Assembly (NCBI GenBank): GCA_965660595.1
Contig: CBFIAO010000001.1
Span: 22,019-86,018 of the forward strand
Length of the DNA stretch: 64,000 nucleotides
Source of the DNA: Candidatus Puniceispirillales bacterium
GTDB taxonomy: Bacteria > Pseudomonadota > Alphaproteobacteria > Puniceispirillales > UBA1172
Direction of reading: 5' to 3'
Made by a program: the position numbers and the translations under genes. Positions 9,304 through 18,576 of the stretch are shown piece after piece; positions within the stretch are counted from its first letter, which is position 1, and every line of letters begins with the position of its first letter. The notes under the pieces are model-generated. The model saw only the letters and a program-made list of their open reading frames with translations, searched no databases and had not been told where the DNA came from.

Positions 9304-10533
9304 TTAACGCCCGCGCGCAACACGCTCTGCTAATTTCTTCAGTGGTGATGCCCCAAACAACGTCATGCCCATGCCGGTCAATGAAGCGGCAATAGGACCG
9401 CCAAAAGAAAACGCAGCATTAAGCCCATCAGTCATGGCGGTCATGGCGGTTGTTTCGGCTAACCGGCTACGGGCATATCCCGCTAATACATGGCGTGACC
9501 CAATATCACGGCCTGCCTTATGTGCAGCCGTGATAGTTTGTTCAAGCTGCTTTGCATCACCAACGCCTAAATTATACCCTTGTCCGGCAAGGGGGTGGAT
9601 ACTATGGGCAGCGTCACCAGCCAATACCAATCGTGTGGCAATCGGGGTGACAGCATGATGCAAATTTAACCGCCAGCTCAGCCGTTCACTTTGGACCGAC
9701 AACGCGCCAAGTCCGGTGCCAAAACTTTCCATTAAAGCAGTATTAAATCCATGGTCATCAGCCGCTAATAAAACCGCTGCATCTTCATCCTTAACCGTCC
9801 ACACCAATGACATCATGCGGTCTTGGTCAATTGGCATTAACGCTGCAGGCCCGCCTGGTATAAATCGTTGCCATGCCATTTGCTCATGTGGCCGTTCACA
9901 TTTTACCTGCGCAACAATGGCGGTCTGCCCAGGGCTGCGTGATATCGTTCGTAACTTGGCGGCGTTACGGATGGGGCTGTTGGCACCATCTGCCGCAATG
10001 ATCAGTCGTGCTGAAAATACCTGACCATCTTCTGTGCTGATGCTTGCCGCTGTATTTCCTAATGATGCATGGGTTGGCATATACCCATTAATGGCGGCGT
10101 TATTGGTGACCGTGATATGTGGATGTGCATCCACAAGCGCTGAAAGACTTGCCACCATCTGCGCATTGGCAAAGGTATAGGCCAACGGCGCGTTGGCATT
10201 GTCGCTATCCCAATCAATCAAACGATCTGCCACGATGCGGCCTGGTGTTGGCATGGTTTGGCTGTCACTTACCCTGATATGATGAATGGGGGATAAAGGA
10301 TTGCCAATGGTATTAAAAACCGACCACACGCCTAAGCGTTCAAGGTAATCATATGATGCAGGGTTGATGGTGGTGGTGCGAATATTATCTCCGAAAGATG
10401 TCGCCTCACCACGATCAATCAGACGAACATGGCACCCTGCCGTTGCCATGCTCAGGCTTAACAACAACCCGTTTAACCCTGACCCAACAATTATAACCTC
10501 ATCACATTCAGGAAAGCTATGCCCCGCCGTCAT
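9304..10533 (-). CDS. UbiH/UbiF/VisC/COQ6-family FAD-dependent ubiquinone-biosynthesis hydroxylase
   Basis: VIIVGSGLNGLLLS dinucleotide-binding motif, IIAADGANSPIR, and LAGDAAHSIHPLAGQGYNLG. Confidence 0.8.
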   Translation of the reverse strand: MTAGHSFPECDEVIIVGSGLNGLLLSLSMATAGCHVRLIDRGEATSFGDNIRTTTINPASYDYLERLGVWSVFNTIGNPLSPIHHIRVSDSQTMPTPGRIVADRLIDWDSDNANAPLAYTFANAQMVASLSALVDAHPHITVTNNAAINGYMPTHASLGNTAASISTEDGQVFSARLIIAADGANSPIRNAAKLRTISRSPGQTAIVAQVKCERPHEQMAWQRFIPGGPAALMPIDQDRMMSLVWTVKDEDAAVLLAADDHGFNTALMESFGTGLGALSVQSERLSWRLNLHHAVTPIATRLVLAGDAAHSIHPLAGQGYNLGVGDAKQLEQTITAAHKAGRDIGSRHVLAGYARSRLAETTAMTAMTDGLNAAFSFGGPIAASLTGMGMTLFGASPLKKLAERVARGR

Positions 10534-11045
10534 GACAGCTCATCCATAATAGGCGTCAGAAAATCAAAAAGGTTACCGCCAGTGAACAAATGACCCGTGC
10601 ACCCAGCGGCTTCTCCTGCTTCAACATCGGTGACGCGATCGCCGATCATCAAGCTGGCCTTAAGGTCAATATGGTATTGTTCGGCCAGCGCCAGCAGCAT
10701 CCCGGGCTTTGGCTTTCGGCACGCACAATCGTGCAGCGCTGGGTTTGGGGATCTTGGGTGATGGGGGCAAAATGCAACCCCGCTAATCACCCCGCCTGCC
10801 GCCCCAAGTTGGCGCTTCAATTCTTCATTGAATTTATGCATGGCATTTTCATCATAATACCCAAGTGCAATCCCACCTTGGTTGGTGGCGATATATGCCT
10901 TATAGCCGCGGTCATTAACCAGCTTAAGCGCAAGGTCTGCACCAGGGATTATCTTGCAATCTTCCACGCGATGCGGATATCCAATATCAATATTTAAGAC
11001 CTCATCACGGTCAAAAATTACAGCTTTATGCAGAAGATCAGTCAT
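10530..11045 (-). CDS. gmhB: D-glycero-D-manno-heptose 1,7-bisphosphate phosphatase (HAD-IIIA)
   Basis: AVIFDRDEVLN (DxD nucleophile), ATNQGGIA, CPHHP...CACRKPKPGM (Zn-loop), IGDRVTDVEAG. The track start at 11117 adds 24 non-homologous residues; ATG 11045 (MTDLLHK) is preferred. The stop overlaps the ubiH-family start by 4 nt. Confidence 0.75.
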   Translation of the reverse strand: MTDLLHKAVIFDRDEVLNIDIGYPHRVEDCKIIPGADLALKLVNDRGYKAYIATNQGGIALGYYDENAMHKFNEELKRQLGAAGGVISGVAFCPHHPRSPNPALHDCACRKPKPGMLLALAEQYHIDLKASLMIGDRVTDVEAGEAAGCTGHLFTGGNLFDFLTPIMDELS

Positions 11046-11194
11046 GCCTGCAAAATAGCGCGGCGTTAGCCTGATGTCTATCCAGATGGGGAAATATCTA
11101 TCCAGACAAAAGATCATGTTTTTCTTACGGCAATATCATTATATAGTAATCATGGCTCATAAGATGGCCATAAATTGATGACAGTGTACTATTC

Positions 11195-13534
11195 ATGACC
11201 GACCGACCACCATCACCTCAAATCGTCTCCACTCAAGTAAAGACGTTCTTAAAGCGCCGCCTAGAAGAAATTTTTGGCTTGCTGCTTATCCTGCTTGGTG
11301 GGGTGATGATGGCAATAGTAATCACCTATCACCCGGATGACCCAAGCCGCAACACCGTAAATAATGCGGTTGGTGATATCCATAATATCTTTGGCGCAAT
11401 TGGTGCTGATATCGCGGCGTTCCAAGTTGGCGGAATAGGCTTGATCGCGGCATATGCGCTTGCATTAATACCGCTTATTTGGGGAATGCGGTTGCTTCGG
11501 CATGCACGGCCAACGCGCATACGCATACGCATAGCTCTAATGCCCATCGCCATTCTTTTGATTTCTGCCTCGGCATGCGCATGGCTTGGCGAGGCGTATG
11601 GCGGCGGAACGGGATTCATTATATCTGAACTTCTGCTGGGCGCAGATATGTTGAACATCCGTCTGCCAGCACCGGTGCAGATGGTAAAATACAGCCATAT
11701 CTTGATGGTGATCATCCTTATATTCACGCTGGGTATGTATTTTTATGCCGCTGCGATTGGGCGTAATGAAATGCGGCTCGTACCAATGCTGACGGTGCCA
11801 CTTCAAAAAACCATCCATTTGATGTTCCGCCCATTAGTGGCGCTTGTGAAAAGCGTCACCACAGCCAACACCAAAAAACCAGCAGTACCAAAGCGTAAAA
11901 CCCCTCAGCCGCGACGTGAACCAGTGGTTGTTACGAATGAAAGTGCTGCTGATGGCGTGCCAACTAAAACAGCTGCGACGAAAAAGAAATCACGCAACGC
12001 CAAACAGCAATCGCTAGACCTAGAAACATCCAGCGGTTATCGCTTGCCGACAACTGACTTTCTTGCACCGGCGAATAAAACACTTTCTGGCCCCGCGGCT
12101 GATGTGCTTGATGCAAACTCACGAATGCTCGAAGCAACATTAGGTGAATTTGGTGTCCGCGGTGAAATTGAAAAGGCGCGGTTTGGGCCCGTTGTTACGC
12201 GTTACGAACTTAGCCCTGCGCCAGGTACAAAAACCCAGCGCGTTATTGGCCTTGCTGATGACATTGCCCGGTCCATGTCGGCCTTATCTGTTCGTGTTGC
12301 CGTGGTGCCGGGCCAGAATGTCATTGGTATTGAACTCCCGAACGCTGATCGCCAAACAGTATTGCTACGTGATGTGTTTGATCATGATACATGGGCCGAC
12401 CAATCTGCCTCGCTGCCGATGGCGTTAGGCATGGATATTGCAGGGCATCCAGTGGTGGCAGATCTTGCAAAAATGCCTCACCTCTTGGTGGCTGGCACCA
12501 CAGGTTCAGGTAAATCAGTTGGTATTAATGGGATGATCTTATCCCTTCTTTATACCCATACGCCGGAAACCTGCCGCTTGATTATGATTGACCCAAAAAT
12601 GCTTGAGCTATCAGTTTATGATGGCATTCCGCATTTGCTTACCCCTGTTGTGACTGACCCATCTAAGGCGGTTACGGCCCTCAAATGGACAGTCCGTGAA
12701 ATGGAAAACCGTTACCGGAACATGTCCAAACTTGGGGTGCGTAATATCACTGGATATAATCAACGTCTGGCCGAAGCACGCCGCAAAGGTGAAAGCTTAA
12801 GCCGCCGTGTCCAAACCGGATTTGACTCCGAAACCGGCAAACCCGTCTATGAAGAACAGGAACTAGACTTAAGCCCATTACCGTTCATTGTAGTGGTGAT
12901 TGATGAAGTGGCCGACTTGATGTTGGTTGCAGGTAAAGATATTGAAGCCGCTGTTCAGCGCCTTGCCCAGATGGCACGTGCTGCTGGCATTCATGTCGTG
13001 ATGGCAACACAGCGTCCTTCGGTTGATGTGATCACCGGTACGATTAAGGCCAATTTCCCAACACGTATTTCATTCCAAGTGACCTCTAAAATCGACAGTC
13101 GCACGATCCTTGGCGAACAAGGTGCCGAACAACTTCTTGGTCGTGGTGATATGCTTTATATGGAAGGTGGCGGCCGTATCGTTCGTGTCCATGGTCCATT
13201 TGTTGATGATGGTGAGGTCGAAGCCGTGGCCAATTTCCTCCGTCAACAAGGTGAACCTGTTTATGATGATAGCGTCACGGTGGAGGTCGATGCGGATAAT
13301 GGTGGTTCATCAGGCGGTAATGCCCCTGACCTCGATGCAGAGGCTTCACTATATGACCAAGCAGTTGCGGTGGTGGCGCGTGAAGGTAAAGCATCCACGT
13401 CGTTCATCCAGCGCCACTTGCGTATCGGCTATAACCGTGCAGCAACCATCATTGAAGAAATGGAAAAAAATGGCGTGATCAGTCCGGCCAACCATGCGGG
13501 CAAGCGTGAGGTATTGATAGATGTCGATAGATAG
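11195..13534 (+). CDS. ftsK: DNA translocase FtsK
   Basis: N-terminal TM segments, a Pro/Lys-rich linker, Walker A GTTGSGKS, Walker B VVVIDEVADL, and a C-terminal gamma (KOPS-reading) winged helix LYDQAVAVVAREGKASTSFIQRHLRIGYNRAATIIEEME. Confidence 0.95.
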   Translation: MTDRPPSPQIVSTQVKTFLKRRLEEIFGLLLILLGGVMMAIVITYHPDDPSRNTVNNAVGDIHNIFGAIGADIAAFQVGGIGLIAAYALALIPLIWGMRLLRHARPTRIRIRIALMPIAILLISASACAWLGEAYGGGTGFIISELLLGADMLNIRLPAPVQMVKYSHILMVIILIFTLGMYFYAAAIGRNEMRLVPMLTVPLQKTIHLMFRPLVALVKSVTTANTKKPAVPKRKTPQPRREPVVVTNESAADGVPTKTAATKKKSRNAKQQSLDLETSSGYRLPTTDFLAPANKTLSGPAADVLDANSRMLEATLGEFGVRGEIEKARFGPVVTRYELSPAPGTKTQRVIGLADDIARSMSALSVRVAVVPGQNVIGIELPNADRQTVLLRDVFDHDTWADQSASLPMALGMDIAGHPVVADLAKMPHLLVAGTTGSGKSVGINGMILSLLYTHTPETCRLIMIDPKMLELSVYDGIPHLLTPVVTDPSKAVTALKWTVREMENRYRNMSKLGVRNITGYNQRLAEARRKGESLSRRVQTGFDSETGKPVYEEQELDLSPLPFIVVVIDEVADLMLVAGKDIEAAVQRLAQMARAAGIHVVMATQRPSVDVITGTIKANFPTRISFQVTSKIDSRTILGEQGAEQLLGRGDMLYMEGGGRIVRVHGPFVDDGEVEAVANFLRQQGEPVYDDSVTVEVDADNGGSSGGNAPDLDAEASLYDQAVAVVAREGKASTSFIQRHLRIGYNRAATIIEEMEKNGVISPANHAGKREVLIDVDR

Positions 13535-13562
13535 ATCAAGTGATAAACCAGACCTTTATGGC

Positions 13563-14243
13563 ATGTCTTCTTGTGCCATCTCCTGCCGAAATGAACGGCC
13601 ATCTTTATTCGTCATCTTAAAGGCGGTATTAGGTCCACTTCTCTACATCATGGGGGTGGTGTTGATCGCCCAATTAATGGGTCTTCGTCCGGCTAATGCT
13701 GATGAAATTGACCAAGCAGAAGCATGGTTTAACAAGATCACAACCTATCAGGCAAAATTCATTCAGGTATCATCCGACGGCAGTCATGCTAAGGGAAAGT
13801 TTTATATGAAACGCCCACATCTTAGCCGCTTTGAATATGAAGATGATATCCCGCTGACATTGATCACCACAGAAACGTGGCTGCATGTAGATGAAGCTGA
13901 TCGCCGTGAAGTCACCAGCTATCCTGTCAGTGAAACACCACTTGCGTTACTCTTGAGTGACCCTGTGCGTCTACGTGATGCTAATATTGCCACCACGAGT
14001 GAGGTGAAAGACGGTATCGTTATCATCACCCTTGAACGGCTTAGCGGTGAAGCGGCAGGTAAGCTTGTGTTGGAATTTGCAAAAGACCCGCTGGAATTAC
14101 GCCGTTGGTTGATCACAGATGCGAACGGCATCACCACATCGGTATTGCTTACTGAACCTCAAAAAGGTGCCGTGCTATCACCGTGGCTATTCATTCCGAC
14201 CAATTACCCAAGTCAGAACAATACCGAAAATAACACCCAATAA
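13563..14243 (+). CDS. lolA: Outer-membrane lipoprotein carrier LolA
   Basis: Position after ftsK, a signal-peptide-like N-terminus (...VLIAQLMGLRPANA/DE), and F.Q...DG....G.FY..RP...RFEY. The track start 13521 overlaps ftsK; ATG 13563 is preferred, but the start is uncertain. Confidence 0.7.
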   Translation: MSSCAISCRNERPSLFVILKAVLGPLLYIMGVVLIAQLMGLRPANADEIDQAEAWFNKITTYQAKFIQVSSDGSHAKGKFYMKRPHLSRFEYEDDIPLTLITTETWLHVDEADRREVTSYPVSETPLALLLSDPVRLRDANIATTSEVKDGIVIITLERLSGEAAGKLVLEFAKDPLELRRWLITDANGITTSVLLTEPQKGAVLSPWLFIPTNYPSQNNTENNTQ

Positions 14244-14258
14244 ATTACACCCAATAAA

Positions 14259-15425
14259 TTACAACAGCACTTTGATCTTTTTCATCATACCGATCAGGTT
14301 CATCGCACGGTCTTTGTCATACCCAAAATTATCGATAAAGAACGTCGCCGTTACGGATTTTTCCTTTAACATGCCGGTGATCGCTTTGAGGTGTTCTGGC
14401 GGAATTGGCACGTAGTTTTTACCCTCGGTCAGATGCGGTTTATTCTGATGCATGGCAATTTTAATCTGCTGTGACACCATATAAATAATGTCACCATCCA
14501 CCAGCGCATTAATATTCAGCTCGTGGTGGTTTTCAATCGTGGCATTGGCATAAGCCTTAACACTGTCCAGCACAGCTTTATCCTCACCAAGCTCAGCCAC
14601 TTTTTGCCCCAGCTTTTTGAAGGTAACTTTTAAGTCTTTATCGGTGATGTCACGCGGTAAATCAGACCGCACCCAACTATCCGCCACCAGCCGTTGCCAA
14701 ATACCGTCAAGCAAATCAAGCGGCATCATTCGGTTAACCCCAAAGGCAAGGTGGATCGACCCATTACCAGATGCTAATGCATCATGGAACTGTCCGCGCG
14801 GTAGATAAAGCATCGACCCTGGCTTTAATGTAACCTGTTCTTTTAATGGGCCGGACAGGGCCATTCGTTCTTTCAGGTCTTTTTTGAAGACATCGGCATT
14901 AATGGGATATGGCTCAACATTCTCATAAATGTTCCAGACTTTTTCGCCGGCACAGTGAAGGGCAAATACTTCATGGTCATCAAAATGTGGGCCAAAGGCT
15001 TTGTTATTACCCATGGAAAAATACAAATTGGCCTGACAACCTGCATTGGTCAGACGTTGCAGCTTCAAGGCAAAATCTTGCAACACAGGGTTCAATGTAT
15101 GGACATCATTCATGACGATTGAACACCCACGCTTGATCAAGCTTTCAATTTTTTCAAGGTTCAAGACAAATCGGTCCACGCCTGATGCGCGCGGCAGCTC
15201 ATCAAAATACAATGCTGGGTCAACTTTATTAGTGTCATTCATCACCATTAATGACCCGGGGTGCCAATGGCTTTTCATTTCCAGCAAACGTTGAAAATCT
15301 TCATAGGTAAATGTCGTATCACCCATGCCATCCATTTGTTCAATATGGATATATTTTTGGCCAAAATGATCGTTAAGAAAGCCATCATTGAAAATTGTGT
15401 TTGTCATGGTTATGCCCATTGTCAT
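14259..15425 (-). CDS. JmjC/cupin-4-family Fe(II)/2-oxoglutarate oxygenase (RoxA/YcfD-like); substrate unknown
   Basis: GPHFDDHEVFALHCAGEKVW (HxD) and GSIHLAFGV (distal His) form a 2OG-oxygenase facial triad in a cupin context, and LYLPRGQFH is also present. The start is ambiguous (TTG 15428, ATG 15425/15419/15407). Confidence 0.6.
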   Translation of the reverse strand: MTMGITMTNTIFNDGFLNDHFGQKYIHIEQMDGMGDTTFTYEDFQRLLEMKSHWHPGSLMVMNDTNKVDPALYFDELPRASGVDRFVLNLEKIESLIKRGCSIVMNDVHTLNPVLQDFALKLQRLTNAGCQANLYFSMGNNKAFGPHFDDHEVFALHCAGEKVWNIYENVEPYPINADVFKKDLKERMALSGPLKEQVTLKPGSMLYLPRGQFHDALASGNGSIHLAFGVNRMMPLDLLDGIWQRLVADSWVRSDLPRDITDKDLKVTFKKLGQKVAELGEDKAVLDSVKAYANATIENHHELNINALVDGDIIYMVSQQIKIAMHQNKPHLTEGKNYVPIPPEHLKAITGMLKEKSVTATFFIDNFGYDKDRAMNLIGMMKKIKVLL

Positions 15426-15572
15426 CAAGGTTGCCGTTGAAATGTTAATTTAACGATTTATCGTGCAGACGTAAATCCACCATCTGTCATTTCATCCTGA
15501 TAAGATATATGCACCATTTAAAAAAGCAGGTAAAACACCTCATATATTTATGCTCATTAACAGAGGCTCTTC

Positions 15573-16352
15573 ATGAAGATCATCACTTGGAACATCAATT
15601 CGGTTCGTCTACGCCTGCCCATCGTGCTTGACCTCTTGGCTGAACAACAGCCTGATATTCTTTGCTTGCAAGAAACCAAATGTCCTGATGAACATTTCCC
15701 TCATGAAGCGTTTGATGCTGCTGGCTACCCTTACCGCGCTATCCGGGGTGAAAAAGGGTATAACGGCGTTGCCATTATCGCGAAGATACCGCTTCATCAT
15801 ATCACCCATGAATTATGGGCAGGTAAAGAAGACTGCCGCCATATCGCGGCCACGACCGAAGACGGCCTGACCGTGCATAACTTCTATATTCCTGCAGGGG
15901 GTGATGTGCCAGATGTTGATGTTAATGATAAATTTGCCCACAAACTGAACTTCCTTGATGAATTAACCGCATGGGGCCCTGGGCAACGTGATGGTGATGC
16001 TGTCTTGGTGGGGGACCTTAATATTGCCCCGCGTGAAGATGATGTTTGGTCACATAAGCAGCTGCTAAAAGTGGTCAGTCATACCCCGATTGAATGTGAA
16101 AAACTAAATGCCGTGATGTCGGCAGGTGCATGGCAAGATGTCGTCCGTGATATGATCCCTGATGGAAAACTCTATTCATGGTGGTCCTATCGTGCCCGTG
16201 ATTGGGATGCGGCAGATAAAGGCCGGCGGCTTGACCATATCTGGATGACATCATCTATGGCCCCCCGCGTGAAAGCCGCAACTGTTCTTCGCCATGCACG
16301 TGGCTGGGAAAAACCATCTGATCACGCCCCGGTTGTGGTAGAATGGTCTTAA
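15573..16352 (+). CDS. xthA: Exodeoxyribonuclease III
   Basis: MKIITWNINSVR, LCLQETK, GDLNIAP, RLDHIW and SDHAPV. Confidence 0.92.
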   Translation: MKIITWNINSVRLRLPIVLDLLAEQQPDILCLQETKCPDEHFPHEAFDAAGYPYRAIRGEKGYNGVAIIAKIPLHHITHELWAGKEDCRHIAATTEDGLTVHNFYIPAGGDVPDVDVNDKFAHKLNFLDELTAWGPGQRDGDAVLVGDLNIAPREDDVWSHKQLLKVVSHTPIECEKLNAVMSAGAWQDVVRDMIPDGKLYSWWSYRARDWDAADKGRRLDHIWMTSSMAPRVKAATVLRHARGWEKPSDHAPVVVEWS

Positions 16353-16359
16353 GGCCAAA

Positions 16360-16384
16360 CCCCTTAACAAATGCGGTTAAGGGG
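16360..16384 (+). terminator. 9-bp GC-rich stem-loop just after xthA (no clear U-tract)
   Basis: CCCCTTAAC-aaatgcg-GTTAAGGGG starts 8 nt after the xthA stop. It is followed by cgtatatg rather than a T-run, so its terminator function is uncertain. Confidence 0.3.
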
Positions 16385-16456
16385 CGTATATGAAGGCATC
16401 GCGGCATATGGACCAACATATTGGCCAACATGTTAGCCCGGATGGAGCAATAATAG

Positions 16457-17305
16457 ATGCAGCTTAATTTTGTTAAAATGAATGGAATAGGCAATGACTT
16501 CGTTGTCCTTGATGCTCGTGATCAGGTGATAGACCTGACATCGGCTCAGGCGCGCTATATTGCCGACCGTCATTTCGGCATTGGCTGTGACCAAATCCTG
16601 ATCATCGCACCTTCCGCACATGCAGATATCAAGATGCTGATCTTAAACAGTGATGGCAGCGAAGCTGCGGCCTGCGGTAACGGCAGCCGCTGTGTTGCAG
16701 ATTTGGTGATGGCAGAACAGAACATCACCGTGCTTTCAATGGATACCCTTGGCGGTATTATTCATGCAGAACGCGTTGGCACAGATATTGCTATTGATAT
16801 GGGCCCGGCACGCCTTGATTGGGCGGATATTCCATTGGCCACGGCACAAGATACTGCCGCGCTTGATCTTGCCGCTCACCTTGACCCTGACCTTGGTCTT
16901 GACGATCTGCCGCCGGCAATCGCTGTTAATATGGGCAACCCTCATGCGGTGCATATTGTTGATGATGCTGACGCGATCGATCTTGCACATATTGGCCCAC
17001 ATTTGGAACATCACCCTATTTTTCCTGACCGCGCGAATATTGAATTTATTTCAACCATCGCCCCAGATGAAATCCGAATGCGTGTATGGGAACGCGGCAG
17101 TGGGATCACCATTGCTTGCGGGACAGGGGCGTGTGCGGCTGCTGTTGCGGCGGCACGTGCTGGCATCACATCACGCCGGGTAAACGTCCATCTTGATGGC
17201 GGGGTGTTAAACATACATTGGCGTGATGATGGCGGTGTCACCATGACAGGTCCATCATCTTATGTATTTGATGGTGTGATTGATCTTTCAAAGGCGCCAT
17301 CATGA
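16457..17305 (+). CDS. dapF: Diaminopimelate epimerase
   Basis: FVKMNGIGNDFVVLD, plus catalytic cysteines in ACGNGSRC and ACGTGACA. Confidence 0.93.
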   Translation: MQLNFVKMNGIGNDFVVLDARDQVIDLTSAQARYIADRHFGIGCDQILIIAPSAHADIKMLILNSDGSEAAACGNGSRCVADLVMAEQNITVLSMDTLGGIIHAERVGTDIAIDMGPARLDWADIPLATAQDTAALDLAAHLDPDLGLDDLPPAIAVNMGNPHAVHIVDDADAIDLAHIGPHLEHHPIFPDRANIEFISTIAPDEIRMRVWERGSGITIACGTGACAAAVAAARAGITSRRVNVHLDGGVLNIHWRDDGGVTMTGPSSYVFDGVIDLSKAPS

Positions 17306-18576
17306 CCATGCCAAAAAATACGGCTGACATTAAAACATTTGGATGTCGGCTTAATATTTGGGAAAGCGAAGTGATCGCACGTCATGCCGAAGATGCTGGC
17401 ATAAATGATGTGGTGGTGATCAACACATGCGCAGTGACGGCAGAGGCTGAAAAACAAGCCCGACAAGCCATTCGTAAATCACGCCGTGATCACCCAGAAA
17501 AGCAAATTATCGTTACCGGATGTGCAGCCCAGATCAATCCTGACCATTGGGCAAAAATGGACGAAGTTGATGCCGTTATTGGCAACCACGAAAAACTTGA
17601 ACCCACAACCTGGCGCCGTCTTGCTGGCGCTAATGATGACTTGCCTTCTATGGTGGGTGATATCATGACGGTTCAGGACGTCGCGCCGCATTTGCTGGAA
17701 GGTTTTGACGGTCACACCAGGGCATTTCTTCAGATTCAACAAGGATGTGATCACCGCTGCACCTTCTGCATTATTCCCTATGGCCGGGGCCAAAGCAGGT
17801 CAGTGCCAATCCAAACTATTATTGAACAAGTGGCGCGGCTAGCGGATAACGGTATTGGGGAAGTTGTGCTAACTGGCGTTGATGTAACGTCATGGGGCAG
17901 TGACCTTGATGGCACACCAAGCCTTGGCATGTTACTGCGCCGTTTGTTGCGGTCCGTGCCGCAATTACCTCGTTTAAGGATGAGCTCGATCGACCCTGCG
18001 GAAATAGATGACGATATGATGGCCGCCATTCAAGAAGATCACCGCTTGATGCCGCATCTTCACCTATCTGCACAACATGGCAGTGACATGATGCTGAAAC
18101 GCATGAAGCGCCGTCATTTGCGTGATGATTTATTGCGGCGGGTGGATGATATTCGCGCCATTCGTCCTGATGTTGTTTTTGGCGCAGATATGATCGCCGG
18201 TTTTCCTACGGAAACAGATGAAGATCATGCTGAAAATTTATCATTGATTAAAGATGCAGGCTTAACATGGCTTCATATCTTCCCCTATTCTCCGCGTGAA
18301 GGCACGCCTGCCGCCCTGATGCCGCAACATGATGCCGCCACGATCAAATCTCGTGCGGCTGCATTGCGTGCCGCTGCTGCAGATGCTGAGGCAACTTTTT
18401 TGCCAAGTTTGATTGGCAAGGATGATGACGTCTTGATGGAAACAGGCGGCATTGGTCATACGCGCCAATTTGCCAAAGCAAAAATAAAGACACAGATTGC
18501 GGTTCAGGCTGGACAGATCTATCCTGTCAAAGTTGTGGCCGTTGCCGATGGATGCGTAGAAGTGGAGCTTCGCTAA
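17302..18576 (+). CDS. mtaB: tRNA (N6-threonylcarbamoyladenosine) methylthiotransferase, MiaB-like (MtaB)
   Basis: UPF0004 domain TFGCRLNIWESE...NTCAVT...GC, radical-SAM CDHRCTFCIIP, and a C-terminal TRAM-like end. 4-nt overlap with dapF. Confidence 0.85.
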   Translation: MTMPKNTADIKTFGCRLNIWESEVIARHAEDAGINDVVVINTCAVTAEAEKQARQAIRKSRRDHPEKQIIVTGCAAQINPDHWAKMDEVDAVIGNHEKLEPTTWRRLAGANDDLPSMVGDIMTVQDVAPHLLEGFDGHTRAFLQIQQGCDHRCTFCIIPYGRGQSRSVPIQTIIEQVARLADNGIGEVVLTGVDVTSWGSDLDGTPSLGMLLRRLLRSVPQLPRLRMSSIDPAEIDDDMMAAIQEDHRLMPHLHLSAQHGSDMMLKRMKRRHLRDDLLRRVDDIRAIRPDVVFGADMIAGFPTETDEDHAENLSLIKDAGLTWLHIFPYSPREGTPAALMPQHDAATIKSRAAALRAAAADAEATFLPSLIGKDDDVLMETGGIGHTRQFAKAKIKTQIAVQAGQIYPVKVVAVADGCVEVELR

